Assembly (NCBI RefSeq): GCF_964204645.1
Contig: NC_134028.1
Span: forward strand, 6,324,001 to 6,388,000
DNA from: Tubulanus polymorphus
Lineage: Eukaryota; Animalia; Nemertea
Reading direction: 5' to 3'
Length of the DNA stretch: 64,000 bases
Below the pieces are notes generated by a model. The model had not been told where the DNA came from and made no database searches. It saw only the letters and a list, made by a program, of their open reading frames with translations. Below, piece by piece: positions 36,850 through 50,400 of the stretch. The position numbers were made by a program, and so were the translations under genes. Every line of letters begins with the position of its first letter. Within the stretch, counting starts at the first letter, position 1.

Positions 36850-37272
36850 TATTTCCAAGAAGAAAACATTTCCTTATCCAACATATTATGCAAGTGTAGT
36901 TAATAATAAGATTCCACATAAGGCAGTTAAAAGTTTAACAAATTTATGCAGAAAAGGGCGAGAGAATATAGTTGAGGGTCTTGTATAAGGCCGACAAGAC
37001 CCCCTGGACTCGCACTTGCCAAATATGCAGCAAACATCAGGCCAAAATTAAAAGATAAGAATCAAATCATTTTAATTAACCTTAATAAAATTAATGCTGC
37101 AATTTACACATTTTGATATAAATAATTCAAATTGTTTCAAATGAATAGTTCACAGTTCTTGACCAGCACAGCTTAATTACAGAACAATTAACTAGCCTAT
37201 CAAGTTACTTAATTTTTGTTGTTCGATTTGTACACCGAATTTCAGCGAATCTCCGCCTTTACATTCAAACAT

Positions 37273-40200
37273 CTAATCATATTTTTGCCGTGTGCCAAAG
37301 CCGCGTTTACTCGAGAACGATTGTTTGAACGACCGTGGCCACGGCAACGGCCACTCGTACTCGTTTGGCACGATGCCGTCGCACTTCGACTCGAAAAACG
37401 AAAACAGCGGGAACCAGATGCGCGTGCGGCGGCGGTCGCGTTGCATCAACGACCGATTGTTGGCGAGCGTGTGATAGTACAGGAACAGACGCGACGTGAT
37501 GTAGAACGCGATGAACACGTCGATCGAGTAGTGCTCGTGCGCGGCCAATATGAAAAATATACCAAACAAATTCAACACCCACGACGACGTGTGTATAAAG
37601 ATCAAACCAGACGGACAATCTGAAAAAAATAAACAAAAACCAGAAAATTAGCCAGATGCGCACAACAGTCGGAAAACATGTCAGTCAGGGACAGATCTTA
37701 GTGCACATGGTGACTTTATCAAGACAAGTATAAAAAGGGGCATACGAAAGGGTTCACCCAGCACTGGAAGTGGTTGTCTCCACCAGTGATCTCCGTCGCT
37801 CTACGATCCTAGTGTAACCAACTGTGGTACATCAGACACTAAGGTTCTTGGTGAAACGAAAGGGGCATATTTTCAGACTGATTTCAAAGTTGTAAAATCT
37901 ATTTTCAATAATCTATTTTTCAAACAATTACAACAAAGTACAAGTTGGTAGTCGTCCCCTTCTCGTTGAATGTTCAACTAGCTATAAACATTTTTGCCGA
38001 TGAAGGGCATTTAAAAATTTCCGACAGCCAAAATCCAAGATAGAAACACGGTATTTTACATTTGAGGTTGACCCAGTGTAAAACACAGAGAGGATGGTGA
38101 AATATTTTTTGTTTCATGATTTTTCCACATATTTATGCATAATAAAAGTAACCACAGAAGTAGCTGAATCCAGATCATTTGGAGCTGATGATATTAATCC
38201 GAAGTATGCAAAAATCTGAACGAAAAATAATATTCAAGTAGATTATATAATATATGGGCATGAAAACTACTGAGTCTTATGCATGTAGAAGGGTAATATA
38301 TCAACTTACATTCGGTAATGAAGAAGTTGAAAAGCGTTAATAGAACAGTATGTCCGCTAAACATATAATCCCCGCAACTTCTTACACCCTGTAAACTCAT
38401 ACCGAGTCCTTTAAGTATCACAAATGCTTTTTTCAGTTGTTCCTGGATTGTACCATATGACTGAAATATATACAGAAAATCAAATCAAATTACGTTACTT
38501 GTAGGTATAAAAATTGTTTTCCCATTACCGAGTATACAAGGTTAAAAAAATTTAGTTTTAATTGCTGAGCTTTTCGAAAACAGAAATGCAGTTGCAAATA
38601 GCTGATTTTCAAATAGGCAATTTTTTACCCCCTTTCCATTCGAGGATGCATACTGTTTGTGTGAACATCCCTTAAAAGTGATAGCAATTAAATAGAATAT
38701 CTAATAAAGAGTTTTGATGAGACAGGGGTCATGGCTCTGCCATTGTTAATCATAAAACATTATTCGTATACAGCAGTACGCCTTGCCCAACTTGAAAACT
38801 TTGCTTGAAATATACATAGACCACGGATATTTCAGGTATATCAAACTTCAATATCGGGTAGATTTTTTAGACATCATTCATTTCACTGAACGTAAATGTT
38901 GACGTTACAGTGGGTGTTCACCTTTGATAAAACACAATATCCGTGTTGAGACGATAATATCACGAGAATCCCACAATGAAGACGAGAAAATAATTAAGTC
39001 CGAAAATGTTTCCTTGAGCTAGTAGATAATTCAACGTTTCGACTATAAACTAATAGGCCTAGTCATTTTCATGAATACTGTAAGGTGACTATTAGTTTAT
39101 AGTCAAAACGTTGTATAAACTACCAGCTCAAGGAAACATTTTCGGACTTAATATCATTTTTTTTCATCTTAATTATGGGATATTCTCGTTATACTGAGGG
39201 AGTATCATATTTTCAACTTACGCGAGCTTCACATTGTAAATGTATGCCGGGTACCGATAATGAGGTAATCAACATCGTAACGCATCGCAATAGAAATACA
39301 GTGCCGCTTAATGAGAACATACGACGCATTAAAATGAACCTACAAAATGTTCGAGAAACAAGTCGAATGAAAAAATACAGAACTTCATAAAAATGAGAGA
39401 AAAGCACACAATGGCTTAGGAATTCAACCATTAGTTTGGTGTTCAACCTACTTTAGAGCAGTCAATAGAATTGTATGGACAATAGAATATCCAAATTCCC
39501 TGAGTTTTCCAGGTTTTTATTCGGGAATTTGTCAAATTCCCGAATTTTCCTAGATTATTCTGATTCCCTGAGATTTCTGGGTCCTCCCCCTTAAAACACA
39601 TAAACCTTAAACGCTCTTCTCACCTATGTTTATGAAAAAATAATATAGAGCACCACATGAAACCGAGAATTAAAGCTGACAGTTCGGCGAGTTCGAACGC
39701 CCATGGAATGTAAGGTAAACTATCCAGTATGATATCGGGCAACGGCGGATACTTATTCATATCCGGCACGCGATCGTGTACGATCACCATCACGAACGAC
39801 GTCAACATGAATACCAAAAATCCGTACATGAAACTCAACGCCGTCTTCCACAATTCGGGATCGAGCGTCCGCGACGTCGTGCCCGGTCGGTCGTTGATTG
39901 CGGCGACTTCGTCCTCGAACAACTCGCCGAACAGAGATCCGTTCGTCGTCGTCATCGTCGGCGAGACGCTTGGTCGACGACTCGCAACGCCGATATCTAA
40001 TTGTTGGCACGATTCGCTGTTCAGTTTCTGCAGCTTCCAAATGCACAACATCAGTTTTTTAATGTCGCCCAACACGGGTAGTTGCAACGGCGGTTTTCGC
40101 AAGTCCGATTCGGTCAACATCAACAGCGACGTTCCGTCGACATCGTGTTGGTTACAAAACAGGTCGACGTATCGAGAGAAATTATTTTCGACGAGCCACT

Positions 40201-40652
40201 TGGAGACGTCATCGGTCGTCCAGTTAACGACGTTCTCCTCATCCCTAATCATCGGTGCTTTATTCGACGCTTTTCGGGGCCTGAAAAATTTGAGATAAAC
40301 AAAATTCACTTAAAATACCTAGAACTTGCTGACTAACATGATTGAAAACCTGAAAGAAGAATCATCCAGTAGGCAGCTTGCAGGGGCAGATCCGGGAGAC
40401 TCGTACAAGTCCATCAAGATATTCTGAGTGCTCATTTTTCGTTTTGTCAATAAAGATAATTGGCGCACTTCAGTGCAGGAATACACTTAAAATTGCCATT
40501 TTGGGATAAAGTCATTGGTATAAAGTCCTTCGAAATTAGCCTCTGGATCCGTCCCTCGCTTGTAACTGCATGTGTTGGATTAATACCAGTTTTTTAATAA
40601 TTTGAATGCCCATTTATCGTCTATAGGCTGAACTTAACGTTCTTCGCATCAT
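37273..40652 (-). CDS. SAMD8: Sphingomyelin synthase-related protein (ceramide phosphoethanolamine synthase, SAM domain)
   Basis: Exons 40280-39624 (SAM: [29 protein letters not shown]; [15 protein letters not shown]), 39339-39222 ([14 protein letters not shown]), 38460-38310 ([10 protein letters not shown]), 37619-37273 ([10 protein letters not shown]). A short first coding exon 40652-40639 (MMRRT) is inferred from phase. Confidence 0.95.
38963..39188. mobile_element. Long imperfect inverted repeat with degenerate Penelope-type hammerhead motifs
   Basis: Arms TTAAGTCCGAAAATGTTTCCTTGAGCT / AGCTCAAGGAAACATTTTCGGACTTAA; core on - strand TGAAAAT-GACTA..TAGTC-GAAACGTT, mirrored on + strand. Confidence 0.6.
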
Positions 40653-42064
40653 GCTGCATGTACCTGGTATACGAAAAGTGAAATTGAAATTTGTCAACCA
40701 TCACTAACCTCGTCACAAGGCATTTGATTAATAGCAAGATACACGGCAAAATTCCGCTGATTGTATATACGAAATACATAACTAACAACAGACTTGTTCA
40801 TTTGTAATAGAATCCTTATAGTGTCTATGCGTTATGAACTGGTAGATATGCAAATCAATGCTCTAATAACGAAAAATCAAACTCAATTTAAAACGACAGC
40901 TGGTAATAATAAACTGCGGACTACCGTTTGCAATGGTACCCTCAGCTGAGAATACGATCATAAGGGCAACTATGTATTCCGTCTAAACTTATTCACAACC
41001 GGGGCTGCATATATGCAAAGCAGGGATTTGGTATTTTTTGGATGAAAAAACTGGTGGATAGGAGCAGCTGTGCTTTAAATGACTAGTCTATATACAGGTG
41101 TGCAGTTTGTTTAGAAATAAGTGCCTAGAATTTCCGCTGTAAATTGTTGTTGCCCGTGCACCAAGGTAAAATGTATAGATTTTTGTTGACAAATAAAGCG
41201 TCAACTGTGGTAATTCAGTTCAAATAATGCAACAGAGAAGTACTTGACTGAAGGAAGTGTCAGCATGTGGAAAACACATATGCTCGTATGATTTTATAGA
41301 TACAGAAAAGAGTATAAAATCAAAATATCTATTCTACAAGGCCGACAGACAGAAGCATTCTCATATTGGTCGTGCCATCCTTTCGCGTATAGCCACGATT
41401 TCCGTGCACTGGGTATCGGACCCTCCCCAAAACTTTTTTTGACAATTACATACATCGGGAAGATGGTATTTCACAACTTCAGAATGGATTTGCCCTTAGC
41501 AGGGTTCCTGCAGTGGTTTTATCCCAAATTTGCTGAAATTTTCTCTGAATCCAGATCTCAATTTTACCGATCCGAAATTCAGATCTTTGCCAAAAATGTT
41601 ATTGTCGGGAAACAGGGTTTTTAGCCCTCAAGCCCTGACAGCCAATATCAGGCTCGAATTTCAAGCCTCAGAATTCAGACCAAAAATGACCTTTTTGCCA
41701 CAAATACATCACAGGACATTCATCTTGAGTCCGATTGATCAAATCTTTCTTACGATGATGAAACAGGCCTACAAATGAAACATGATTGATTTAAATCCTG
41801 CAGGGAGTTTGAAATTCCCTGATCCGCAGGAAACCTGCCATATACACTAAATTCGAATCAATGCAATAAAACCAATGTGCTACAGAATGTAATCAGCAAA
41901 ATTATCGGTCCGACAAATTACGCCGGCTCTATTCAACATACATAGGACCTAGCATACCAGGGCTCAATTTTGGCAATACTAAAGGGTCAGATTTTTGTTG
42001 GGATACCCCGGGTACTAATAATTGAAATGAAACTATCCCAGCAGGATACAAGAACTTCCTGATA

Positions 42065-42226
42065 CAGTGGAACCTCGTTGCAACTAACTTCACTAGACCA
42101 AAAAATCTATTAGTTTATATCTTGTCCGAAAATGATTAAATTCACTTACTTGGGACACACACAATATTATATTAGTAATATCATATGAATCGTTGTACCT
42201 GACTTTGTTCTAACGAGGTTCCACTG
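42065..42226. mobile_element. Tc1/mariner(pogo)-type MITE
   Basis: TA|CAGTGGAACCTCGTT...AACGAGGTTCCACTG|TA, perfect 15-bp terminal inverted repeat. Confidence 0.85.
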
Positions 42227-43098
42227 TATAACAATTCGAAGATTCAATCCTCTCCTGTGTTTATTGATTACAAACTTGAAGCTAAGGTAAACTGGCATAC
42301 CAAACTTTGAGGCGGCGGGATACACTCAAATCCGAAGCACTGCTATTATTTGTCAAAGAAGATTTATCAGATTACATTAATGTTTCAGTGTCTTAGTTAT
42401 ATGAAATATAACATTAACTGAAAAAACATCTAAAACACTTCAAATTTTCCTTGGGAGAGGACCTCCAAACCCCGGCAGTGGACTGCTGGATGCCGTTATC
42501 AAATATGTTTAGGCCTATCATTTGGCAGCACCTTTGGCCGTTATCTAAATTCACACCCACGCAAAATAGAGGCTGCATACAGTAATGATGAGGTCAGCAT
42601 AGCTTCCACCAGCTGGAAGGAATTCTATTACTAAATCAAGCTTTGACAAATGACCTGCAAGAGGACTGCGTGTGGTGTGTGGTGGAGAATAGCTGCTGCT
42701 GTGCTGCCTTCTACCCTAAGTCCTCGTTTTTTTTTGGTGTCGTGTGTCCTGCCCATGAATTGAATGAATGCGCATGTGCGAAAAGCTATCATTATAGTAC
42801 TCTATCTGCAATATGCTATCTCCTTAAAACTTTATATCGATCCTCCCTTGGTGGGGTCTCTGACCAACTGTGCAACAACGATATCTCCTGGACTCGTGGA
42901 GGCATGCGGTGCCATTGGGTTCGAGTCCCAGCCAAAGGGGAATAAGTTAATGGAACACTACCTTTGTTGTATATCATTTGTCAATGTCATCAATGTCAAT
43001 GTTAACCGATTGTCAAAAGTGTCAGTTTTCGTCATCATCGTTTTAGCAAATAGTATCCTGTGTGATTCTTGCTGTGTGTCACAGGGACTTGACACAAC

Positions 43099-43184
43099 AG
43101 GATTTTGACCCCAGTATCCAAGGTACTATATATAAAATTCTTTTTACATATAGTACCAGGCTAGGATACTGGGGTCAAAATCCT
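43099..43184. repeat. 86-bp foldback (mini-MITE)
   Basis: Perfect 21-bp arms AGGATTTTGACCCCAGTATCC / GGATACTGGGGTCAAAATCCT plus inner GGTACTATAT / ATATAGTACC. Confidence 0.85.
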
Positions 43185-43395
43185 TGACCTTGTAGTGTCT
43201 ACTATAGTCTCTGTGTCGTCCTGTGCTGTGCTGTGCTGTGTCGTGTGTGTAGGTGTAGGTGTTACTGCACACTATCAAAATATAGGTTCATGTTCAAGTT
43301 ATCAAATTGACTCAAAAATAGCTTACTTAAGCCTGCAAACCGTACTGTTCTTTTTTCTTAACAAAAAGATAAATCATTCAAATTAAACGCAAAAA

Positions 43396-43746
43396 CTTAC
43401 AAGATTGAGCCTAGGGGTTTTCCAATATTACGTCATCCGTGAAAGGGGATTTCTCCAATTACGGAAAACGGATCGGACTTTCCGTCACGCTTGATTGTTC
43501 TCCAAAAATTTTTTTTTAGATTTAATGGAACGCTTTCTTTGTAAATGGTTATAGAATTTTTAGTTGAAAAAATCTTGAAAAATTATAGATTGTCATTTGA
43601 AGGTTGCTATTCAGGTAATTGGTAATCGATTACGGTTCGGGAGTTTCCGGCAATTTCCGGAACAAACAATGCAGAGCCATCTTCGTATAGCTAATGTGCG
43701 TGGGGTAGCTAGAATTTCGCCGATTAAAACTGTATTTTTGGTAAGT
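43396..43746. promoter_or_regulatory. Putative bidirectional promoter between SAMD8 and the SAP-RRM gene
   Basis: Outward-facing donors (CTTAC 43396-43400 on -, GTAAGT 43741 on +) flank ETS-like TTCCGG/CCGGAA sites (about 43645-43662) and TTACGTCA. Confidence 0.5.
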
Positions 43747-44442
43747 CACCAGGTTTTGATCTTAAAGCAATTAGTTCACAGTGAATGATATTCATTGTTA
43801 GTATATTAACGATGGAATTTTGTGGCGCAATATTCATAGATATGCTCAGAAAGTGTACTTATAGAAAATCGAGGAGAGGGGAGCCCGCGGATGATGCAGC
43901 AGATCCAATCAACCATGGCGGCTATCTTGCGATCACTTATTTCCTTTTTTGCTACATCGGCCTCGTTTCATAACCTAATCACCATTAACGCTCATCCATT
44001 TTCCTAAATTTCTAACATTTTTTTTTAGTGTCTGGAGTTTTAGGTGAATAATCTAATATCATATATGGTGAATCAATCAAATCCAAACACCGTGCGTGAT
44101 GATGAAACAATGGTCACTTCTGTCAATACGACATATGGCAATAATAGCCTATGTTAAATCGCTTTTTCGCGCTCTGCCCCCCCCCAACTTTTTTGCTTGC
44201 CTTACCATTCACTCGCAGTTTTGAATTTCAAAGTTACAAGTTTTACCAGTTTTGATGAATTTGAACTTTTATTTTATGAGGCAGCTGCTAGTGCAAGTGA
44301 TAGGAATGTCCAAACAATGGTTTTAGGGTCTCATTTTGTTGGGGACTAAATCAAACAATATTTAGTAATCCTTGTAATTAATGATCATCGATTGATTGTA
44401 GGTAGGCTGCCTGGAAGTAGGGAGCGAACGGAAATCGTAATC

Positions 44443-47400
44443 ATGTCAGAGTTTAACAAACTAACAGTTGCGCAACTGAAGGAAGAATGTACCAAGCTAG
44501 GTATTAGTATAGTTGGTAACAAAAAGAAAGCTGACTTTGTCGCCCTTCTTGAGAATCGAAAAACTAGTAAGTCCGCTTGTGATGAGCAATTTTCTAATCT
44601 CGTGAATTGTTTCGTTACAACGTGGAACACAGGCACAAACATCGCTATTCACTTAGGTGTAGGTTTGGTCATTTTCAATCGTTTGAAATTGATTCTAACC
44701 TGTTAGTATGATATGCATCTGGACAGAACCTAATCCATTTTAACTAGCGATGGATTGGGTTATTCCATTGAGCAGGTTGGCTACTGACCTGAAAAATTCA
44801 GGGAATTTTCTTCTAAGAATTTCAGGGACTGTACATGACTGTATTAATTGATTGGATTCTTAGCAGATTTCAGTAGGGGAAATAAATGGGCATCTCGGGA
44901 AAAAGCAAGTCAAATGAAATAAGCCACCCTGATGAATGATTTATTTTGAGGGAATGATGAATTTTAATTCAATTGCCTAGTGGATATCGGTGATTGCCAT
45001 AGGGGAAGAATCCTCAATTGCCATAGCTGCATTGCTAGTTCCCTTTTCTGAAATTTCACGGCTATCTATATTCTATTGCAGAAGATGCTGAAGCATCAGC
45101 CCAGCAAGAGCAGGAGCAGGCTGAAGAGGAGCTGTTAGGTGACGCCGGTGGTGAACCGGACGAGCAGCCGGGCGATGAGGAATGTTTAGACGATGGTAAC
45201 GTCGACGGAATTAAGGAAGAGGAGGCTGATGAACAGGAGGAGGAAGAAGAGGATGCTACTGCAAATGGAAGTGAAGAACAAACTGAAGAAACCCTGGTTA
45301 GTGATAGATTCAACAAGGTCTATATTGCTTGTCTCTAAAATCTTAAGAAAAGATTTAGCAACACCCTTTGCAAAAGTGCCTACAGTTCATAGCAAATTTT
45401 CAAAGTGCTACTTTAAACAGTCAAAGATGGGGGAAAGTCAGACTTTTCCCCCATAGGGCATAGCTGTCTTTCAAAGGATGCCCATAATCCCAAAAGAAAA
45501 ATTCAAGTTTATGTCTGGTACAGTAATTCATAAACTTGGAAATCTTGTGAAATTTATAATTCGTTGAGTTTGAATCTTACGAATTTGGAAATTTATTGAT
45601 TTTGAATTTCATAGAAATTGTTGATTTTGCTCGATGTCGATTAATCTGTTCGACTAACGCGGTAATGTTCGTTTTTCAGGTAGATACCGAGGAGGTCGAA
45701 GCTGAGGCGGAAGGTGATGGGGATGCTGAGGCGGACGACACGATGATGTCGGCGAAATCTGAACCGGACGCCGCCGAATTGGGCGACGAAGAAGAAAAGA
45801 AACCGGTCGCGAAGAAACCGGACTCCGGATATAAAAAGAAGATCGAGCTGCCCGAGGGTGTGCCTGATTTACCGAGCTACTCTTCGATTCAAGAAGGTAT
45901 CCAATCCGATAGGAGTTGAAATCAAATAACATCGTTGCAGCAGTATTTATTACCTTGGAAGAAGCTGGTCTTTTTATAAAACAGGGTTTTGGAATGGGAA
46001 TTTTTTTCCAGGCCATGGATCAGCTATGGATATTTTGCTTTTCTCTATGGTTATGGAAAGTTACAGAAAATTAGAAAAAAGTCTCAAAAATAAGATTCTC
46101 CTTGAATTTTAGGCTGTGTGCCTTAGTATGACCTTTGTGAGAACCATTAAGTCGATGTTATAGAAAATTGGCCCTTACCGGTATTTACTTTGAATCGGCC
46201 TACATTGCCTGTTCTCTAAGTTGGGGGTGTGTAACTTAGGGGCATGGAAAATGAAATTGGGAAAACCGTTTAGGAGACCTGTTAAAAAGCTTGGTTTGAC
46301 TGGAGGCTCCAAGTGCAAGCTTCCCACAGTCACATGGTTCTCACACATGGAAATTGGGAAAAACCTGGGGATTTTGAAATAATAATTCCCAGTTTGAAAA
46401 TATTTGGGAATTTGAGAAATTTTCCTCTAATCAGGGATAAATTTGGGAAATTCATTTACATTTCACGTAATGCATTTGCCAAGGGAACTTTTTTCTGCAA
46501 TTTTCTGGACAATAACCTTTATCACCCAGTGTTGCCACTAAAATGTTGACTGTAGCATGATGGTATCACTTCTTTTCATCTTCAAAATCATGAAAAACTT
46601 TAGGAATTTTCAATTCATGTAACTGTGGGAGGAACTATGCGAGTATTATGAGTTTGGTTATATTCATTTGTAGCTCGTATCGCCGAGACGCGAATGCGAA
46701 CGGTCATCGTTTACCCGATGAACATCGAGGACATGTCGAACGTCGAATTGCAAACGATGCTCGAAAAAGCTCAACATTTCATGGTGAAATTCGTGCTCGA
46801 TGTCGAAAAGAAGAAAAAGGGGTAAGTATGAATGTTATGAACGATCGACTTCAGAGTAGCCGGGTTCGATTCGATGGATGATATGGAAATGTTGAAAAAT
46901 GATATCGAATTAAGTGAATGCATGCAGAATTTGTGGTTCGTTCTTAAGAAATTTACTATCTTCATATTTTAGAATTCATGTGGTCGTTTTAAAGCTAATT
47001 TCTGGGAGATTAAGTTGACATTTTTACGACAAGAGACCTTACCCAAGAACAATGATTTCATAATGATTAAGACCATTATCTAACTGTTCTCTTACAACTA
47101 TGATAGAATGTTTCCTAGGTAACCTGTTTATTTCTGTTTCGACGGGTAAATTCGTAAACTCTCCTTGATATTAATTATTAAAACCTTAATGATGGATACG
47201 GTCTCCGTTAGTTGTTGATAGGCACTCTAGTAGAATCGTAGATAAGTTTGGTCGTCTTGAGCTTGTATGGTAATGTTATATTCTCTTTCAGGTTCATTCG
47301 GAAAATCACTATTCATATATTCATTCATTCCTCACCCTAGAATCCGCCCTGTTTTCTTCATCTCTCCGAAACTGTGCATTGAAACTAACTCGTTCCTCAT

Positions 47401-50400
47401 TGAGAAAAAAATTTCCTACGAATTTATGCAAGAACGTGGAAAAAAGTTATTCATTGTTACTTCTATACTTGCCTTTGTTGTATTCTACTCAAATCGAATT
47501 AAAGTTCATGGCTACAGAATTTTGTCTGAATGTTGTCTTGTATATATTTATATATATAATCCTCCCATGTTAATGAAGAGAGCCGTCAGTTGGCTTTTAT
47601 TTGTTCACGTCACTACCCCCCACGCACCACTCTCAAGTGGGTGATCGTATATATTTTTTCTACTATTTCAGCTTTGTTGAGATGCATTTCAACAGTCGAA
47701 GCGATGCCCGCGAGGCAGCTACAGTATTGCGAGACATAAAATTGTCAGTGGCCGAGCACACTGTTAGGCAACTAGACCCCAATGAGGCAGGGACTGCCTA
47801 TAAGAGTATGTTGATACATACGTATATCACATATAAAAAGAATAGGTATTCAGGGCGCATTGCTGCCTCCACGGCACCTTGCAGTCGTCCCTGTGCAATT
47901 TAATCATATTTAACGATAATCAATTTAATTCATCTGTAGCCTATATCGAGAGATATCCAAAGCGGGTTAAGCCGCTTGGCCCTGTCTCGTCGTCGATGAT
48001 TTTACCGTAGTTTGTTGTTTCGTTTTATTTGTCTCATGTCCCGCACCCGTAATAAGGCGATATGACCTGCCTGTAATCTGGCCCTCGAATATGATAATAA
48101 ATGGTCTGCATGAAATCTGACGCAAAGAAAAAAAAACAACTGAATATTGATACCTCCTATCTCTCTCCTGATAACCCGTGATAGCCCTCATTCGTGCCCC
48201 TGTGTGTTGAATTATTTTAGAATACGCATTTTTTTCTCATAATACGGAAACTTCCACCTTGCATTTCTTTTTTTTTTCATTTCAATTTCGTGCCGTATTT
48301 TGATCGAGCTGCACTGTACGGCGCTCGAAGGCGGAAAGATACCTTTCGTCAGTCCATTCGTCGCAGTGCTGCAAGATCATAAATATTGTGCACAAATTAC
48401 AGCCGCAGTATGAAGGCCTCTTGGTTGGTTAGAAATTTCATTTTATGCAGACGACGAACTCTCTTGTTCGCTTCGTGGAGAATTTGTCGTCGGCATAAAA
48501 TAATCAGTGGAAGGTTCTTTGCATATTCGTTAGCGTTAATTAATGTGACGATGCTGATCTCGTATGTTTTCTGTTTAGGCGCAGTTATTGATACGATTAA
48601 ACCTCACCTCACTCATCAGATCAAGAAGGCTACCGGTGAGTTATGCCGTGTGATTGTGTCCATTTTGCTATTTAAACGGCAGTTTTTGTTGAAAAACTGA
48701 AACCAAAGAGCTTAACAGTATTTTCTTATGAGAAAAACTTAGGCTATGATAAGTGCTTATTTTTCATAAGAGCTTATAAAGTGTGACTTTTGACTTTTGG
48801 TATTCCAAATACTAATAGTATTTCGACAATTTATCTTGTTGATAAGAATAAGGGCCGCAGTCTTAAACGATGAGGAAATTGTCACTTTAGTCGTACAAAA
48901 AGTGCTTAAATGATGCTATTACTATCAAAAGTGTTCGCTTTTGTCTCAACTATACTTAAAAGTGTTTTGTAGTAGATTTACGAAATACTAAAATCGTCGT
49001 TGATGCTTTCAATAGGCACATCTTTGATGAGATCGGTACGCTAATTGACGTGTAGTATGATCAATAATACCACGGTAACAATATCGATATATTCAAGTGC
49101 ATAAAGTTAGTCACTTTGAGTCGTATTTAATCTGTGTTCATAACTACTTATGTAAAGCTTTGCTAGAAATAACAGTAAATTTTTTTTTGTTGAGGCATAT
49201 TAACATTTTAGTTTAGGAAACATAACAGTAATGCCAAAGACACACTTCTTTCAGGGTATCCAGTAAGCTTTCGAACAAAGTTTTCTATATTTGTGCTTAA
49301 TTTTCTTCATTTGTTTTAGATGATTATGATACGAGAGTTCTGTACGTTCACAATCTGCCGGCTGTGTGCACCGAGGAACAGCTGCATGAAATATTCCCCG
49401 AGGCGAAAGCGATTTTAGCCTCGATCGACGACGAGGGCAAGAACAAAGGTTACGCGTACTTGAGCTTCGAAACCGAAGAGGAATCGGAGGATTGCATCAA
49501 AAAAAACAAAGAGATGAAAATCGAGGAAAATCGAATCAGCATTCATATGATTCGCGACCTGAAAGTTGCTGCAGGTATAAGACTCATCTCAGTATTTTAA
49601 CCGGGTTCCTACGAGTCCTTGATTATTTAAAAACTCATACTAAACTGAAAATACTTTTGAAGGTGTCTGAACCTCCCTCAATTTTGAGAAATAGGCAATT
49701 AGATACTTAAAAGTTGTTCATTAGACTACGTCTAAATCAGCACAGTTCCTCTTACCAACTGTTGGTAAGAGGATTTGTTGGTACCCAATTAAGATGTTAC
49801 CATATTAGAAACCAAGTTTAGTAGTAGTCAATGATAGAATTTGCTTATAAAACCATTAAACTTTTCTTACAAAACCACCATGATAAACATTACAGATTTG
49901 GCAAGAGTCTAATGTGATTTGGGATATGAGCATGATTCAGATGCTTCGTTGAAGTATGAAATTTTCTCCTATAAAACTCCTTATATCCAGGAATTAATGA
50001 TCTGTAGGGACCCTGTTTTAACTTCACCTAGGGGAACTTCATCTGAAACTTCGAATTAAATTATCTTTTAAGGAATTGAAGGTCGACGTCCGTTCCGGAG
50101 AACTCGTGGAGGCGGCGGTAACCGTGGAGGCGGCGGTCGACCGCAACAGAACCACGGCAACCGAGGAGGACCTCGCGGTGGTCATCGGGGAGGTCGTGGC
50201 GGTCCTCGCGGTGGTGGAGGTGGCATGAATCCTCGGTAAGACGTCTTCAGAATAACGACGACTTTCGAGTAGATTTCGTTTATCTTGATTAACTGAATAT
50301 GGTTGAGGCACTATCGATAATTTAATGAATGTTTTTTTTTCAGTGGTCGACCTTTCCGAGGTCGTGGCGGAGGTATGGGTGGATACGGTCGCGGAGGTGG

